Notes under the pieces: model-generated
Told to the model about the DNA's origin: nothing
The model's database searches: none
Seen by the model: the letters and a program-made list of their open reading frames with translations, nothing else
Made by a program: the position numbers and the translations under genes
In this document: positions 9,031 to 17,030 of the stretch, piece after piece
Layout: every line of letters starts with the position of its first letter
How positions within the stretch are numbered: the stretch's first letter is position 1
Origin: Candidatus Aegiribacteria sp.
GTDB lineage: Bacteria > Fermentibacterota > Fermentibacteria > Fermentibacterales > JCC-6
Reading direction: 5' to 3'
Length of the DNA stretch: 17,030 nt
Assembly (NCBI GenBank): GCA_046498225.1
Contig: JAWOBF010000151.1
Span: forward strand, 1 to 17,030

Positions 9031-9789
9031 TCAGTCCCACCTGAACAGTCTTGCCGCGAAGATGGCGCCGGCCAGAAGGGTTCCCGTCAGCACAGCGATC
9101 TCTACGGGATGTTCCAGCAGCCGGTCCCCCAGCCACACACCCCTGAGAAGATTGATGGCGTGGGTCAGCGGAAAGGCCTGGGCGACGGTCCGAAGAGCAC
9201 GGGGAAGCATGTCCTGCGGCAGTGCCGCGCCGGACAGGAACAGCATCGGGAAGAAGATGATGTTGGCCGCCACCGCGCCGCTCCTGGCGCTGGGCGCCAG
9301 ACTGGCGGGTATGAAACCAAGCCCCGCCATGGCTCCGCATCCGAGCAGGAAAGCGATGAGCGCCTCCACAACGCTTCCCCAGAAGTGCATGCCGAAGAAC
9401 AGCGCTCCGATAATCAGAAGAAGGACCACCCCCATGGTGGTTATGACAAGGATCGCTCCCACCTCGGCCATCAGGAACGATACCGGGGACAGCGGGGTAG
9501 CCATGAAACGTCTGAGGATGCCCTTCTCACGGTACGACGCGATGTTCACAGTGAGGTTCATTATTCCGGTGGTGAGAATGACTATTCCGATAAAGGAAGC
9601 GGCGGAGTAGTCTATGTAGCCGAAGAACTGCTCCGGGAACGGGTCGTTGCCCCATATGCTTCCGAAGAGAAGCATTAGCAACAGCGGAAATATGAGGGTG
9701 AAGAAGAAGGCGGACGGCTCACGGAGATAGAGCTTCAGTTCCATGATGCCGAGACTGTACACCGAAGACACTCTACTCCGCGGCTTCAC
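9031..9789 (-). CDS. ABC-2 type transporter permease
   Basis: About 250 aa, about 6 TM segments; REKGILRRFMATPL, FLSGAALP, FPLTHA motifs; directly downstream of the ABC ATPase. Start could be GTG 9789 or GTG 9771. Confidence 0.9.
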   Translation of the reverse strand: MKPRSRVSSVYSLGIMELKLYLREPSAFFFTLIFPLLLMLLFGSIWGNDPFPEQFFGYIDYSAASFIGIVILTTGIMNLTVNIASYREKGILRRFMATPLSPVSFLMAEVGAILVITTMGVVLLLIIGALFFGMHFWGSVVEALIAFLLGCGAMAGLGFIPASLAPSARSGAVAANIIFFPMLFLSGAALPQDMLPRALRTVAQAFPLTHAINLLRGVWLGDRLLEHPVEIAVLTGTLLAGAIFAARLFRWD

Positions 9790-10699
9790 CGTACTCCTTT
9801 CCCGTGATCACCATGAACACATCCTCGAGAGTGGGCCTTTCTGTGTGAAGGTCACCCAGACTGGCGCCGGCATCGGACAGGGCCTTGATAACAGGCACGA
9901 CTACACCCGCGTGTGAGAGGTCCATCACACAGCTACCCTCACGCATCTCCGCTCTCAGCACTCCATCCAGCTCGAGAGCGGCGGCCGGGGTGAAATCCGG
10001 CCCGCAGCCAAGTCGAAGTCTCATTCCGGGACAGTACCGTCTGATAAGCTCCTCCGGCGTGTCCAGCGCTACAACCCTCCCCCGGTGCAGGATGGCTATC
10101 CTGTCGCACAGCTTCTGGGCCTCGTCCATGTAATGGGTGGAAAGGACCACGGTCCTGCCGCTTCCCCGCACCTCCTCCACCAGGGCCCAGAGTTCTCTTC
10201 TGCCCCTGGGGTCCAGGCCGCTGGTAAGTTCGTCCAGCATGACGAGCTCCGGGCCGTGGACCATGGACAGGGCGACGAAAAGCCTCCTCTTCTGGCCCCC
10301 GGACAGGTCGGAGAAACAGCTGTTCACTTTGCTGGCAAGGCCAACCCTGTCCACAAGCTCCATTCGAGGGTCTCGTACGCCGAACAGCCTGCTGAAGAGC
10401 GCTATGGCCTCGCCCACCCTCATCCGTTCGGGCAGTTCGGATTCCTGCTGCTGAAGTCCCAGCCGCATATGAAGGGCCTGAGAATCGGCGAGTGGGTCCA
10501 GACCGAGTGTACAGAGGTTACCGGAATCAGCCCGGCGCATGCCCGAAATGCAGTCTATGGTGGTGGTCTTTCCCGCTCCGTTGGGTCCCACGAGGCCGAA
10601 GACCTCACCGCGCCGCACCTCGAGATCGAGCCCGTCCAGGGCCACGGTGCTGCCGTAGCTCTTTTTTAGGTCTTCCGCGAGGATCACTGCACTGGCCAT
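9773..10699 (-). CDS. ABC-2 / DrrA-like transporter ATP-binding protein
   Basis: Walker A GPNGAGKTT, signature LSGGQKRR, Walker B MLDELTSGLD, H-loop STHYMDEA, C-terminal PTLEDVF; ATG 10699 has a GGAGG RBS. Confidence 0.93.
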   Translation of the reverse strand: MASAVILAEDLKKSYGSTVALDGLDLEVRRGEVFGLVGPNGAGKTTTIDCISGMRRADSGNLCTLGLDPLADSQALHMRLGLQQQESELPERMRVGEAIALFSRLFGVRDPRMELVDRVGLASKVNSCFSDLSGGQKRRLFVALSMVHGPELVMLDELTSGLDPRGRRELWALVEEVRGSGRTVVLSTHYMDEAQKLCDRIAILHRGRVVALDTPEELIRRYCPGMRLRLGCGPDFTPAAALELDGVLRAEMREGSCVMDLSHAGVVVPVIKALSDAGASLGDLHTERPTLEDVFMVITGKEYGEAAE

Positions 10700-10774
10700 T
10701 GAATCACCCTCCCCGACTGGCAAAGATAGCATACCGGTTCAGCCCGGACAAGGAGAATTCCGCCGAGGATTACC

Positions 10775-11794
10775 CTACAGCCTGACCAGCCTGGTGGAAG
10801 CCCTGGCCCCGGTATCATCCTCCGCGACAATAATGTAGACGCCTGGCGGGGCATTCCTTCCGTAATTGTCGGTACCATCCCACAGAAGCTGTTCTCCGGC
10901 CTGCAGTTCGGTAACCATTCTGCCGGACATGTCCAGCACCCTGAAGCACGTCACGCCGTTGAAGCCGGTGAGTTCGAAGCTTACCGATGAGCTGAACGGA
11001 TTGAGGGAAGGGAGGATCATCGGTTCCGGCATCGGACTGCAGGACTGGCCCGATATGCCCACCGGATCGAGATCTATCTGATAGATGAGGTCCGCTTCCG
11101 CGTCGGAGACCCAGAGGTAGCCGTCATCGTCAAATGTCATTCCATGGGCCCGGGGTATTACGGAGGAAGAGATGGAAAAAACCTTCGTCCCGTTGCTCAG
11201 GAAGACCTGGACCGGTTCCGAGGCGTCTTCCGCGGCGTACCAAATCTGTCCGTCCCGCAGGGCGATGTCGTAGAAGTCTATATCCAGGTCGACCATCAGG
11301 TAGGGTCCCGTCTGAATGGTGCCGCTGAGACTGTAGCGTTCCACGACCTCCTTGGGAGGTGTTGTCTGAGCGTCTACGCCCGCCCCGTATATGTAACTGC
11401 CGTCGGTCGCAAGACCAGAAACCTTCTGGTCGAGATCGCTTCCTCAACAGTCCAGGGAGAACATGGACACGTAGCTCCCGTCGGTGGTGTAGCGGTACCC
11501 GTATCCGTAGGTCCCGGTGTTGGGGGTGACCATCGCTATGTATACATTGTCTCCGGCAAAGGTCACCCCGGTGGGTACCTTGGTAGTGTTCTCGCAGTAC
11601 CAGCTGTTCAGAACGGTGCCGTCGGAGGGGTCCACCCGGTAGGCGTACTCGGTTACCCCGTCCACCATCCACAGGCTGCCGCTGCCGTAACCGAGGCCGA
11701 TGATGCCTGTATCCGGCGCATCAATGGTATGGATGACTTCCGGAGAAGCCGGGCTGACCCCGGCCAATGCGATAAGCACGAAGAAAGTTCTCAA
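10775..11794 (-). CDS. Putative selenoprotein: secreted five-bladed beta-propeller with FlgD-Ig/T9SS-like C-terminal domain; in-frame TGA at codon 117 (Cys116-Sec117-Gly118)
   Basis: TTG start 11794 with AGGAGG RBS 8 nt upstream; signal peptide MRTFFVLIALAGVSPA; one in-frame TGA at 11446-11444, then an open frame (GSDLDQKVSGLATDGSYIYGAG...) joining ORF 11344-10775; ends in TAG; SECIS-like hairpin follows the TGA; C-terminal NPFSSSVSFEL...LDMSGRMV...WDGTDNYGRNAPPGVY domain. Confidence 0.8.
11409..11439 (-). promoter_or_regulatory. Putative bacterial SECIS element
   Basis: mRNA after the UGA reads GGAA-GCGA-UCUC-GACCAGAA-GGU-UUCUGGUC-UUGC: a perfect 8-bp upper stem starting 12 nt after the UGA, a G-first apical loop 20 nt after it, and a 4-bp lower stem beyond a 4-nt bulge. 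Confidence 0.75.
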
Positions 11795-11927
11795 TTCCCT
11801 GACCTCCTGACCCGCTATCCATTTGATCGAGACAGTTACACACCGAACAGGTGGTATATAGTCCAGAGGCCGTCGCACTGTCCACAGCTCCGGCGGACCG
11901 TCCCAATGTTTATCTCAGGAGTTCTGC

Positions 11928-13643
11928 TCAGATGTTCTTTCTGGTATAGAGCCTGTAGTAATGACCCTTTTGCTCCATCAGGCTATCATGGGTTCCCGTT
12001 TCCACGATTTCGCCCTCGTTCAGGACAACTATCTTGTTCACATGTCTCACCGTGGAGAGACGATGAGCGATGATAATTGTTGTTCTGTTCTCGCTGAGCC
12101 TGAACATGGCTTCCTGAATGAGGCTTTCCGATTCATTGTCAAGAGAGGAGGTCGCCTCGTCGAAAATCAGAATAGGAGGGTTCTTGAGGAATACCCGGGC
12201 GATCGATATCCGCTGTTTCTGACCACCCGAGAGTTTGACCCCCCTCTCACCCACATATGTGTCGAAAGTATCCGGAAGCGACATTATGTGATCATGGATA
12301 TTTGCGTATCTCGCGGCTTCCACCATGTCATCTTCCGAGGCCTCCGGTCTGCCGTACATGATGTTGTTCCTTACGGTGTCATCGAAAAGGAAGACGTTCT
12401 GCTGGACCAGCCCGATGTTCTCCCTCAGGAATTTCTGTTTCAGGTTCATAACATCATGACCATCGATGGTGATAGTGCCCTTCTGGAGTTCGTAGAACCT
12501 TGGGATCAGCGAGACGATGGTGCTCTTCCCGGCTCCCGACTCACCCACTATGGCTATGGATTCACCCTCCTTCACAGATAGAGAGACATCCCTGATTATC
12601 CAGTCCGGTGAGGAGGAGTACCTGAACCATGCATCACTGAGTTCCACCCTTCCCTGCACCGGGTGATAGGATCCGGCATGGGGCCTGTCGGCTATGTCCG
12701 GCTCTATATCCATTATCTCCGTGAACCTCTCGAACGATGCGGCACCCTGATGGAACTGCTCGGTGAAGTTCATCAGACGCTGAATTGGTTTGAGTATGAT
12801 GTTGATGTAGAGGATGAACGCTACTATATCGGCGGCCGTTATCCTGTTATGGAAGTACAGCCATGCTCCGCCGGCAATCACTATCAGATAGTACATGTCC
12901 GAAAGGAAATTGAATCCGGAGTAGAAGACACCCATGATGGTGTACATCTTCTCCTTTGCCATTCTGAAATGGGTATTTACAGAATCGAATTTGCCCATTT
13001 CCAGTTCTTCGTTCGCGTACGATTTGACTTCCCGAATACCCTGTACGGAGTTTTCCACCGCGCTGTTGATGTCGGCTATCTTCCTGCGAACGCGGCGAAA
13101 CCCCTTCCTCATCTTCCCGCCGTACCTGATGCCCCAGATGAGCATGAAGGGAAGGGGAACGAAGGATATCAGCGCCAGAACGGGATTGAACCGGAACATG
13201 AAATAGAACGAACCGACGATCAGGAAGAAAGAGAGAATGAGATCTTCCGGCGCATGATGGGCAACTTCGGCAATAGTGTTGAGGTCGTTGGAGATTCGGG
13301 ACATTATGTGTCCGGTCTTGGTATTGTCGAAGTAGTTGAAGGAAAGCTTCTGGATGTGACGGAATATCCGTTCCCTCATATCGTACTCCATGCGCACCCC
13401 GAGAATGTGCCCCCACTTCATGCGGATGAACTCGAAAACCATCTTGGCCAGGTAGATGAATACCATGAGCGAGAAGTAGATGACCATGCCCCGAACATCC
13501 CTGTTCGGAATAAGGGTATTCAGAAGCGTCCGCACCATCGATGGTATGAGTATGGCCAGGCCCGATGAAAGCAATGCCACTAGAATGTCTATCAGGAGCA
13601 GGGCCCGGTGCGGCCTGTAGAAGCTCAGGAATCGCTTGAGCAT
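11928..13643 (-). CDS. Fused ABC exporter (TMD plus NBD), YwjA/MsbA-like
   Basis: N-terminal TM domain; GESGAGKST, LSGGQKQRISIAR, IFDEATSSLD, AHRLST; ATG 13643 (MLKRFLSFYRPH) with GGGAG RBS gives 571 aa. Confidence 0.93.
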   Translation of the reverse strand: MLKRFLSFYRPHRALLLIDILVALLSSGLAILIPSMVRTLLNTLIPNRDVRGMVIYFSLMVFIYLAKMVFEFIRMKWGHILGVRMEYDMRERIFRHIQKLSFNYFDNTKTGHIMSRISNDLNTIAEVAHHAPEDLILSFFLIVGSFYFMFRFNPVLALISFVPLPFMLIWGIRYGGKMRKGFRRVRRKIADINSAVENSVQGIREVKSYANEELEMGKFDSVNTHFRMAKEKMYTIMGVFYSGFNFLSDMYYLIVIAGGAWLYFHNRITAADIVAFILYINIILKPIQRLMNFTEQFHQGAASFERFTEIMDIEPDIADRPHAGSYHPVQGRVELSDAWFRYSSSPDWIIRDVSLSVKEGESIAIVGESGAGKSTIVSLIPRFYELQKGTITIDGHDVMNLKQKFLRENIGLVQQNVFLFDDTVRNNIMYGRPEASEDDMVEAARYANIHDHIMSLPDTFDTYVGERGVKLSGGQKQRISIARVFLKNPPILIFDEATSSLDNESESLIQEAMFRLSENRTTIIIAHRLSTVRHVNKIVVLNEGEIVETGTHDSLMEQKGHYYRLYTRKNI

Positions 13644-13828
13644 GGGGTCTCCCGCCTTGCAAGATGTATAAATCCGCCATGGAATATAATGAGTCACACT
13701 ATCAGAAGTCTGAACGGCCCGAGAGGGACAGTTCTTTGTCGGATGTGCAAGATTAGTGATGTCCGAAGGGATGCCCGCGATCAATCGCAGAGCCGGTGAA
13801 GTCAGTGGATGATGGTTTCCGGTCTGAT

Positions 13829-15283
13829 CTAAACCGCGACTACCGTACCCCGCAGCGACGCTTCCACAGGCTTGCTTCCGCTCTCCTCCAGGTAGCGTTG
13901 AAGAGCTTCCACCGCTCTGATGTCCAGCTCCTGACGCCGCGAGCCGTACATGGCCGGAACACCCTGAGTCGTCACGAAGGCAGCATCGTATTCCCGGTCG
14001 GGACGGACCCGTTCACCCTTCACGAAAAGCTCCTGAATGCGCTGGCCGAACGGATTCTCCACCTTGAAATACAGGTTCAGTCCCATGCATCGTTTCACAT
14101 AACCGCCTTGCTGTTCATAGGGATCGCGGGCAAAGGTCCGCTCGAGATTCTCTTCCATCATGTTCCACAGTTCCTCACCGGTCAGGGTGCAGGTAGATAC
14201 CGGTGGATCTACCGGTATGATGTTGTACAGGTCGTTCAGGGTTATCGGACCGGGCGGGATGGGCGCGCCGTAACGCCATCCGTTCGAGAAAGCCATTTCA
14301 GCGCCGGTGATATTCAGGAGTCCCTGCAGCAGGAAATTATCCATGGTCGACTCGAGAACGGTTCCCCGGTTGAGATCCGTCGCGGTGCGCCCCAGAACCT
14401 GGCTGAGCCGCTTCCCATGGGGAGCCAGATGTTCCTTGACCATCCGCTGGACTTCCGGGTCCGGAACGATGCGCTCCTCCAGCGTCAGCAGTTCGTGGTT
14501 GCAGTCCACTACTCGGCCACCCTCTACCTGGAGGTCCAGGCGTCCGAGGAACGAACCGTGACATCCTGACTGAATAAGGATGGTCTCGTTAATCACAGCC
14601 GGGCGATAGAGTCGGTTGTGGGTATGCCCGCTGAGGAGTACGTCTATGCCGTCCACCTCGCGGGCAAGCTTTACCTCCTGGGCAAAGCCCAGGTGGGACA
14701 GGACGACAACCAGGTCGACGTCCTCATCCTTCCTCAACCTGGATATCCAGCCGGGCAGTTCCCTGTTGCCGAGGGTAAACCTCAAACCCTCGCTGAAGTG
14801 CGGGGGCATGACCTTGTCCACGATGGTCGCCGCTATGCCGATAATGCCAACCCGAAGTCCGCCCACTTCCCTGACAACGTACGGGTCAAACGCCAGCTCA
14901 TCCGTTCGTTCATCGTAGCAGTTGATGGCCAGCAGGGGATAGTCGAGCTGGCGGGAAATTTCTCTCAGTCGCTGAGGCCCGTAGGCGAACTCCCAGTGCG
15001 CCGTCATGGCGTCGAAGCCGATTTCGTTCAGAATCGGTACCAGAGCCTGTCCACTGCTCTCGACCACTTCATAAGTTCCGTGGATGGTGTCCCCGCAGTC
15101 GAGGGCCAGCACTCTTCCCGGCTTATGCTCACGGATCTCATTAATGACTGCCGCCACCCGGCCGAACCCGCCGGTCTTCCGGTACACCGCGTGGTTCCCA
15201 TGCCAGAACATCTCCTGGTGGGCATCCAGATAACCGTGGCTGTCGTTCAACTGTACAATTGTCAATTCCCGCCTGCCGGACAT
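13829..15283 (-). CDS. Bifunctional metallophosphatase / 5'-nucleotidase family protein, SoxB-like, cytoplasmic
   Basis: Calcineurin-like motifs NDSHG, GDTIHGT, AHWEF, SHLG, GHTH; C-terminal 5'-nucleotidase domain (FSNGWRYG); no signal peptide; ATG 15283 with GGGGGG RBS-like run. Confidence 0.85.
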   Translation of the reverse strand: MSGRRELTIVQLNDSHGYLDAHQEMFWHGNHAVYRKTGGFGRVAAVINEIREHKPGRVLALDCGDTIHGTYEVVESSGQALVPILNEIGFDAMTAHWEFAYGPQRLREISRQLDYPLLAINCYDERTDELAFDPYVVREVGGLRVGIIGIAATIVDKVMPPHFSEGLRFTLGNRELPGWISRLRKDEDVDLVVVLSHLGFAQEVKLAREVDGIDVLLSGHTHNRLYRPAVINETILIQSGCHGSFLGRLDLQVEGGRVVDCNHELLTLEERIVPDPEVQRMVKEHLAPHGKRLSQVLGRTATDLNRGTVLESTMDNFLLQGLLNITGAEMAFSNGWRYGAPIPPGPITLNDLYNIIPVDPPVSTCTLTGEELWNMMEENLERTFARDPYEQQGGYVKRCMGLNLYFKVENPFGQRIQELFVKGERVRPDREYDAAFVTTQGVPAMYGSRRQELDIRAVEALQRYLEESGSKPVEASLRGTVVAV

Positions 15284-15397
15284 ATGCAACCCCCCTGTGA
15301 ATTCGATTCCTCACAACAGCCAATATCACAACTGCGACCTGACCTCGGGACCTGTGCCTCTCGCCCGGTATCTTTGATTTCCCGCCAGGCGGTAGCC

Positions 15398-16339
15398 TCA
15401 GTACTGCGGCGAGAGCAATCCCTCGATGACCATATCAGTGGCTTCGTCCTCGCTGAGGCCATGGGCCATAAGCGTTTCCAGCTGCTTTGAGTCCACGCTC
15501 CCGATGGCCGCCTCGTGGGTTACGTGGGCCCTGGGATGTACCACCTCCACCACGGGCACCGCCCGGGCCTGTCCCCGGTCGCGGATTATCTCCTTGCAGT
15601 CCACGTGGCCCCGTGCGTAGGCCGCTTCCGCCCTCAGGGTATTGCGTATGTCCGCCCGGGCCCTGTCCCTGACCGCTATGTTGGTGGTCAGCACTCCCCT
15701 GGACCTTTCCCCGGCCAGGGTCGCTTTCTCGTGGATGTCGATCTGATCGTCGCCGCGGCCGCTTATACGGACATTCATTTCCAGGACGCTGCGGGCGGCG
15801 CACTCGGCGGCGTACTCGATGTCCAGCACCCCCACCCGGCCCCTGAGCATCTCGAAGTCAGACCGGAAGCGTGCGTCCTCTCCCAGGTATACCTTCGATC
15901 GGGGAACCACCCTGATCCCTCCCTGGGGGCTGTGCACGTGTCTCTCCAGATAGATGTACTCGGCGCCCCGACCCAGCCTTATCTCCGCCTCCATTTCGTG
16001 CAGCACATCCACTGCGTTGGGGAATGTGCAGCTGGATACAACCGCAGCCCCGGCTCCATCCTCCAGTTCAACGTCCATGCTGATCCTCTGAACGCCGGAC
16101 TCGGGCATCAGGCCGAAGCACATGTTCACCGGGTTTTCTATCCTCATACCCTCCCGGACCCTCACCCTGGCTCGTATCCCGTCCTCGCGCTCCTCGGCCT
16201 CCACCTCCAGACCGGGAACAAGATGCATGCCCAGCACCTCGTTGCCGTGTATCTCCACATGGGCCACGTCCGGGGAGGTGGCGCAGGTTTCGCCCAGGCT
16301 TTCGTACATGCGGCGTATCAGATCGCTGCTGTCACTCAT
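15398..16339 (-). CDS. sufB: SufB/SufD-family Fe-S scaffold protein (SmsB type)
   Basis: 313 aa; beta-helix motifs ARGHVDCKEII and VTHEAAIG...LETLMAHGLSEDEA; ATG overlaps the sufC stop (ATGAGTGA) with a GAGGAG RBS. Confidence 0.9.
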   Translation of the reverse strand: MSDSSDLIRRMYESLGETCATSPDVAHVEIHGNEVLGMHLVPGLEVEAEEREDGIRARVRVREGMRIENPVNMCFGLMPESGVQRISMDVELEDGAGAAVVSSCTFPNAVDVLHEMEAEIRLGRGAEYIYLERHVHSPQGGIRVVPRSKVYLGEDARFRSDFEMLRGRVGVLDIEYAAECAARSVLEMNVRISGRGDDQIDIHEKATLAGERSRGVLTTNIAVRDRARADIRNTLRAEAAYARGHVDCKEIIRDRGQARAVPVVEVVHPRAHVTHEAAIGSVDSKQLETLMAHGLSEDEATDMVIEGLLSPQY

Positions 16340-17030
16340 CTGAAAACTCCTCCTCATCGGGGTCGTTCTTGTGGTCACAGGGAATGCACTTTTCCCCGAA
16401 GAACTGCGAGATCTTCTCCACGCTGCCCTTGTCCATTATGCGGCCGCAGCAGATGAGGAAGGCATGATCGGCCTGCTCCAGTACCGTCATGCTGTGGGTT
16501 ATCAGAAGCACCGTGGTCCCCTTCTCCCGCAGGCTCCTCATTGCTCCGAAGATCCGCTCCAGAGCTTCCACGTCTATGCCGGAATCCGGCTCGTCCATTA
16601 TCACCAGGTCCGGTTCCATGGCCAGTATTGACGCCAGTTCCACCCTCTTGCGCTCACCGCCGGACAGTGTACGGTCTACCGCCCTGCCCATGTATTTGTC
16701 GGGGTCCAGGCCCACAGTCTCCAAAGCGCTCCGGGCCAGCTGCGGGTCGCGGTCGGGGGCACCGCTGAGGAGGAAACTCTCCATGGCCAGTCCCTCGAAC
16801 CGGGCCGGCTCCTGCCAGGCCAGTGTAATTCCCTTCCGGGCTCTCTCGTCCACCGTCAGGCCGGTTATGTCCTCTCCGCGGAAGTGGATCGAGCCGGTAT
16901 GGTTCCGGTATCCCCCCAGACCCATGATAGTGGAGGCCAGCGTAGACTTCCCGGCTCCGTTAGGCCCCACGATAGCGTGAACGTGACCTTCCCAGACCTC
17001 CAGGGACAGCCTGTCCAGTATCCGTTTTCC
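16332..17030 (-). CDS. sufC: SufC-like Fe-S assembly ATPase (SmsC type), 5' end outside the window
   Basis: Frame open to the window edge (GKRILDRLSLEVWEGHVHAIVGPNGAGKST); WQEPARFEG, LSGGERKRVELA, MDEPDSGID; C-terminal ICCG...KCIPCDHKN cysteine motif. Confidence 0.92.
   Translation of the reverse strand, partial: GKRILDRLSLEVWEGHVHAIVGPNGAGKSTLASTIMGLGGYRNHTGSIHFRGEDITGLTVDERARKGITLAWQEPARFEGLAMESFLLSGAPDRDPQLARSALETVGLDPDKYMGRAVDRTLSGGERKRVELASILAMEPDLVIMDEPDSGIDVEALERIFGAMRSLREKGTTVLLITHSMTVLEQADHAFLICCGRIMDKGSVEKISQFFGEKCIPCDHKNDPDEEEFSDE

Noticed and set aside
10775..11344. Independent gene starting at GTG 11344
   Set aside because: The AAGGAGG upstream is only 2 nt from the GTG; the product would start mid-propeller and carry a secretion-type C-terminal domain without a signal peptide.
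11444..11446. Genome-wide UGA reassignment (Trp or Gly) as the explanation of the in-frame TGA
   Set aside because: TGA ends the serpin, xth, MATE, ABC permease, ABC exporter, sufB and sufC genes at their expected C-termini, and TGG is used for Trp.
11795..11878. Longer N-terminal extensions in the ORF track (also 7562, 10732, 13784, 15289, 16378)
   Set aside because: Downstream starts give family-typical N-termini and in most cases a better RBS.
13829..15283. Calling this gene soxB (thiosulfate oxidation)
   Set aside because: There is no Tat signal peptide and no other sox gene in the window; only family-level similarity is supported.
1..17030. CRISPR arrays, IS elements, tRNA/rRNA (including tRNA-Sec), tandem repeats
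   Set aside because: None seen by eye; intergenic gaps are short and lack such signatures. Any Sec machinery must be encoded elsewhere.

Overview
GC-rich bacterial chromosomal segment with about 12 CDSs; I saw no rRNA, tRNA, CRISPR array or transposase. Left to right: a >1380-aa gingipain-like C25 cysteine peptidase (minus strand, runs off the left edge, absent from the ORF track) divergent from a lipoprotein serpin; exonuclease III (xth); a DUF4097-like secreted protein; a MATE transporter; an ABC-2 permease/ATPase pair; a secreted beta-propeller protein with a FlgD/T9SS-like C-terminal domain; a fused ABC exporter; a SoxB-like/5'-nucleotidase metallophosphatase; and a minimal SufCB (SmsCB-type) Fe-S scaffold pair cut at the right edge. 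The main finding is that the two minus-strand ORFs 11444-11878 and 10775-11344 are in the same frame and separated only by one TGA in a Cys-TGA-Gly context. That TGA is followed 12 nt later by a perfect 8-bp hairpin with a GGU apical loop, as in a bacterial SECIS element. This suggests one 339-aa secreted beta-propeller selenoprotein with a vicinal Cys-Sec motif, of a type I do not recognise among known selenoprotein families. The gene content suggests an anaerobic FCB-group lineage such as Fermentibacterota (inference only).
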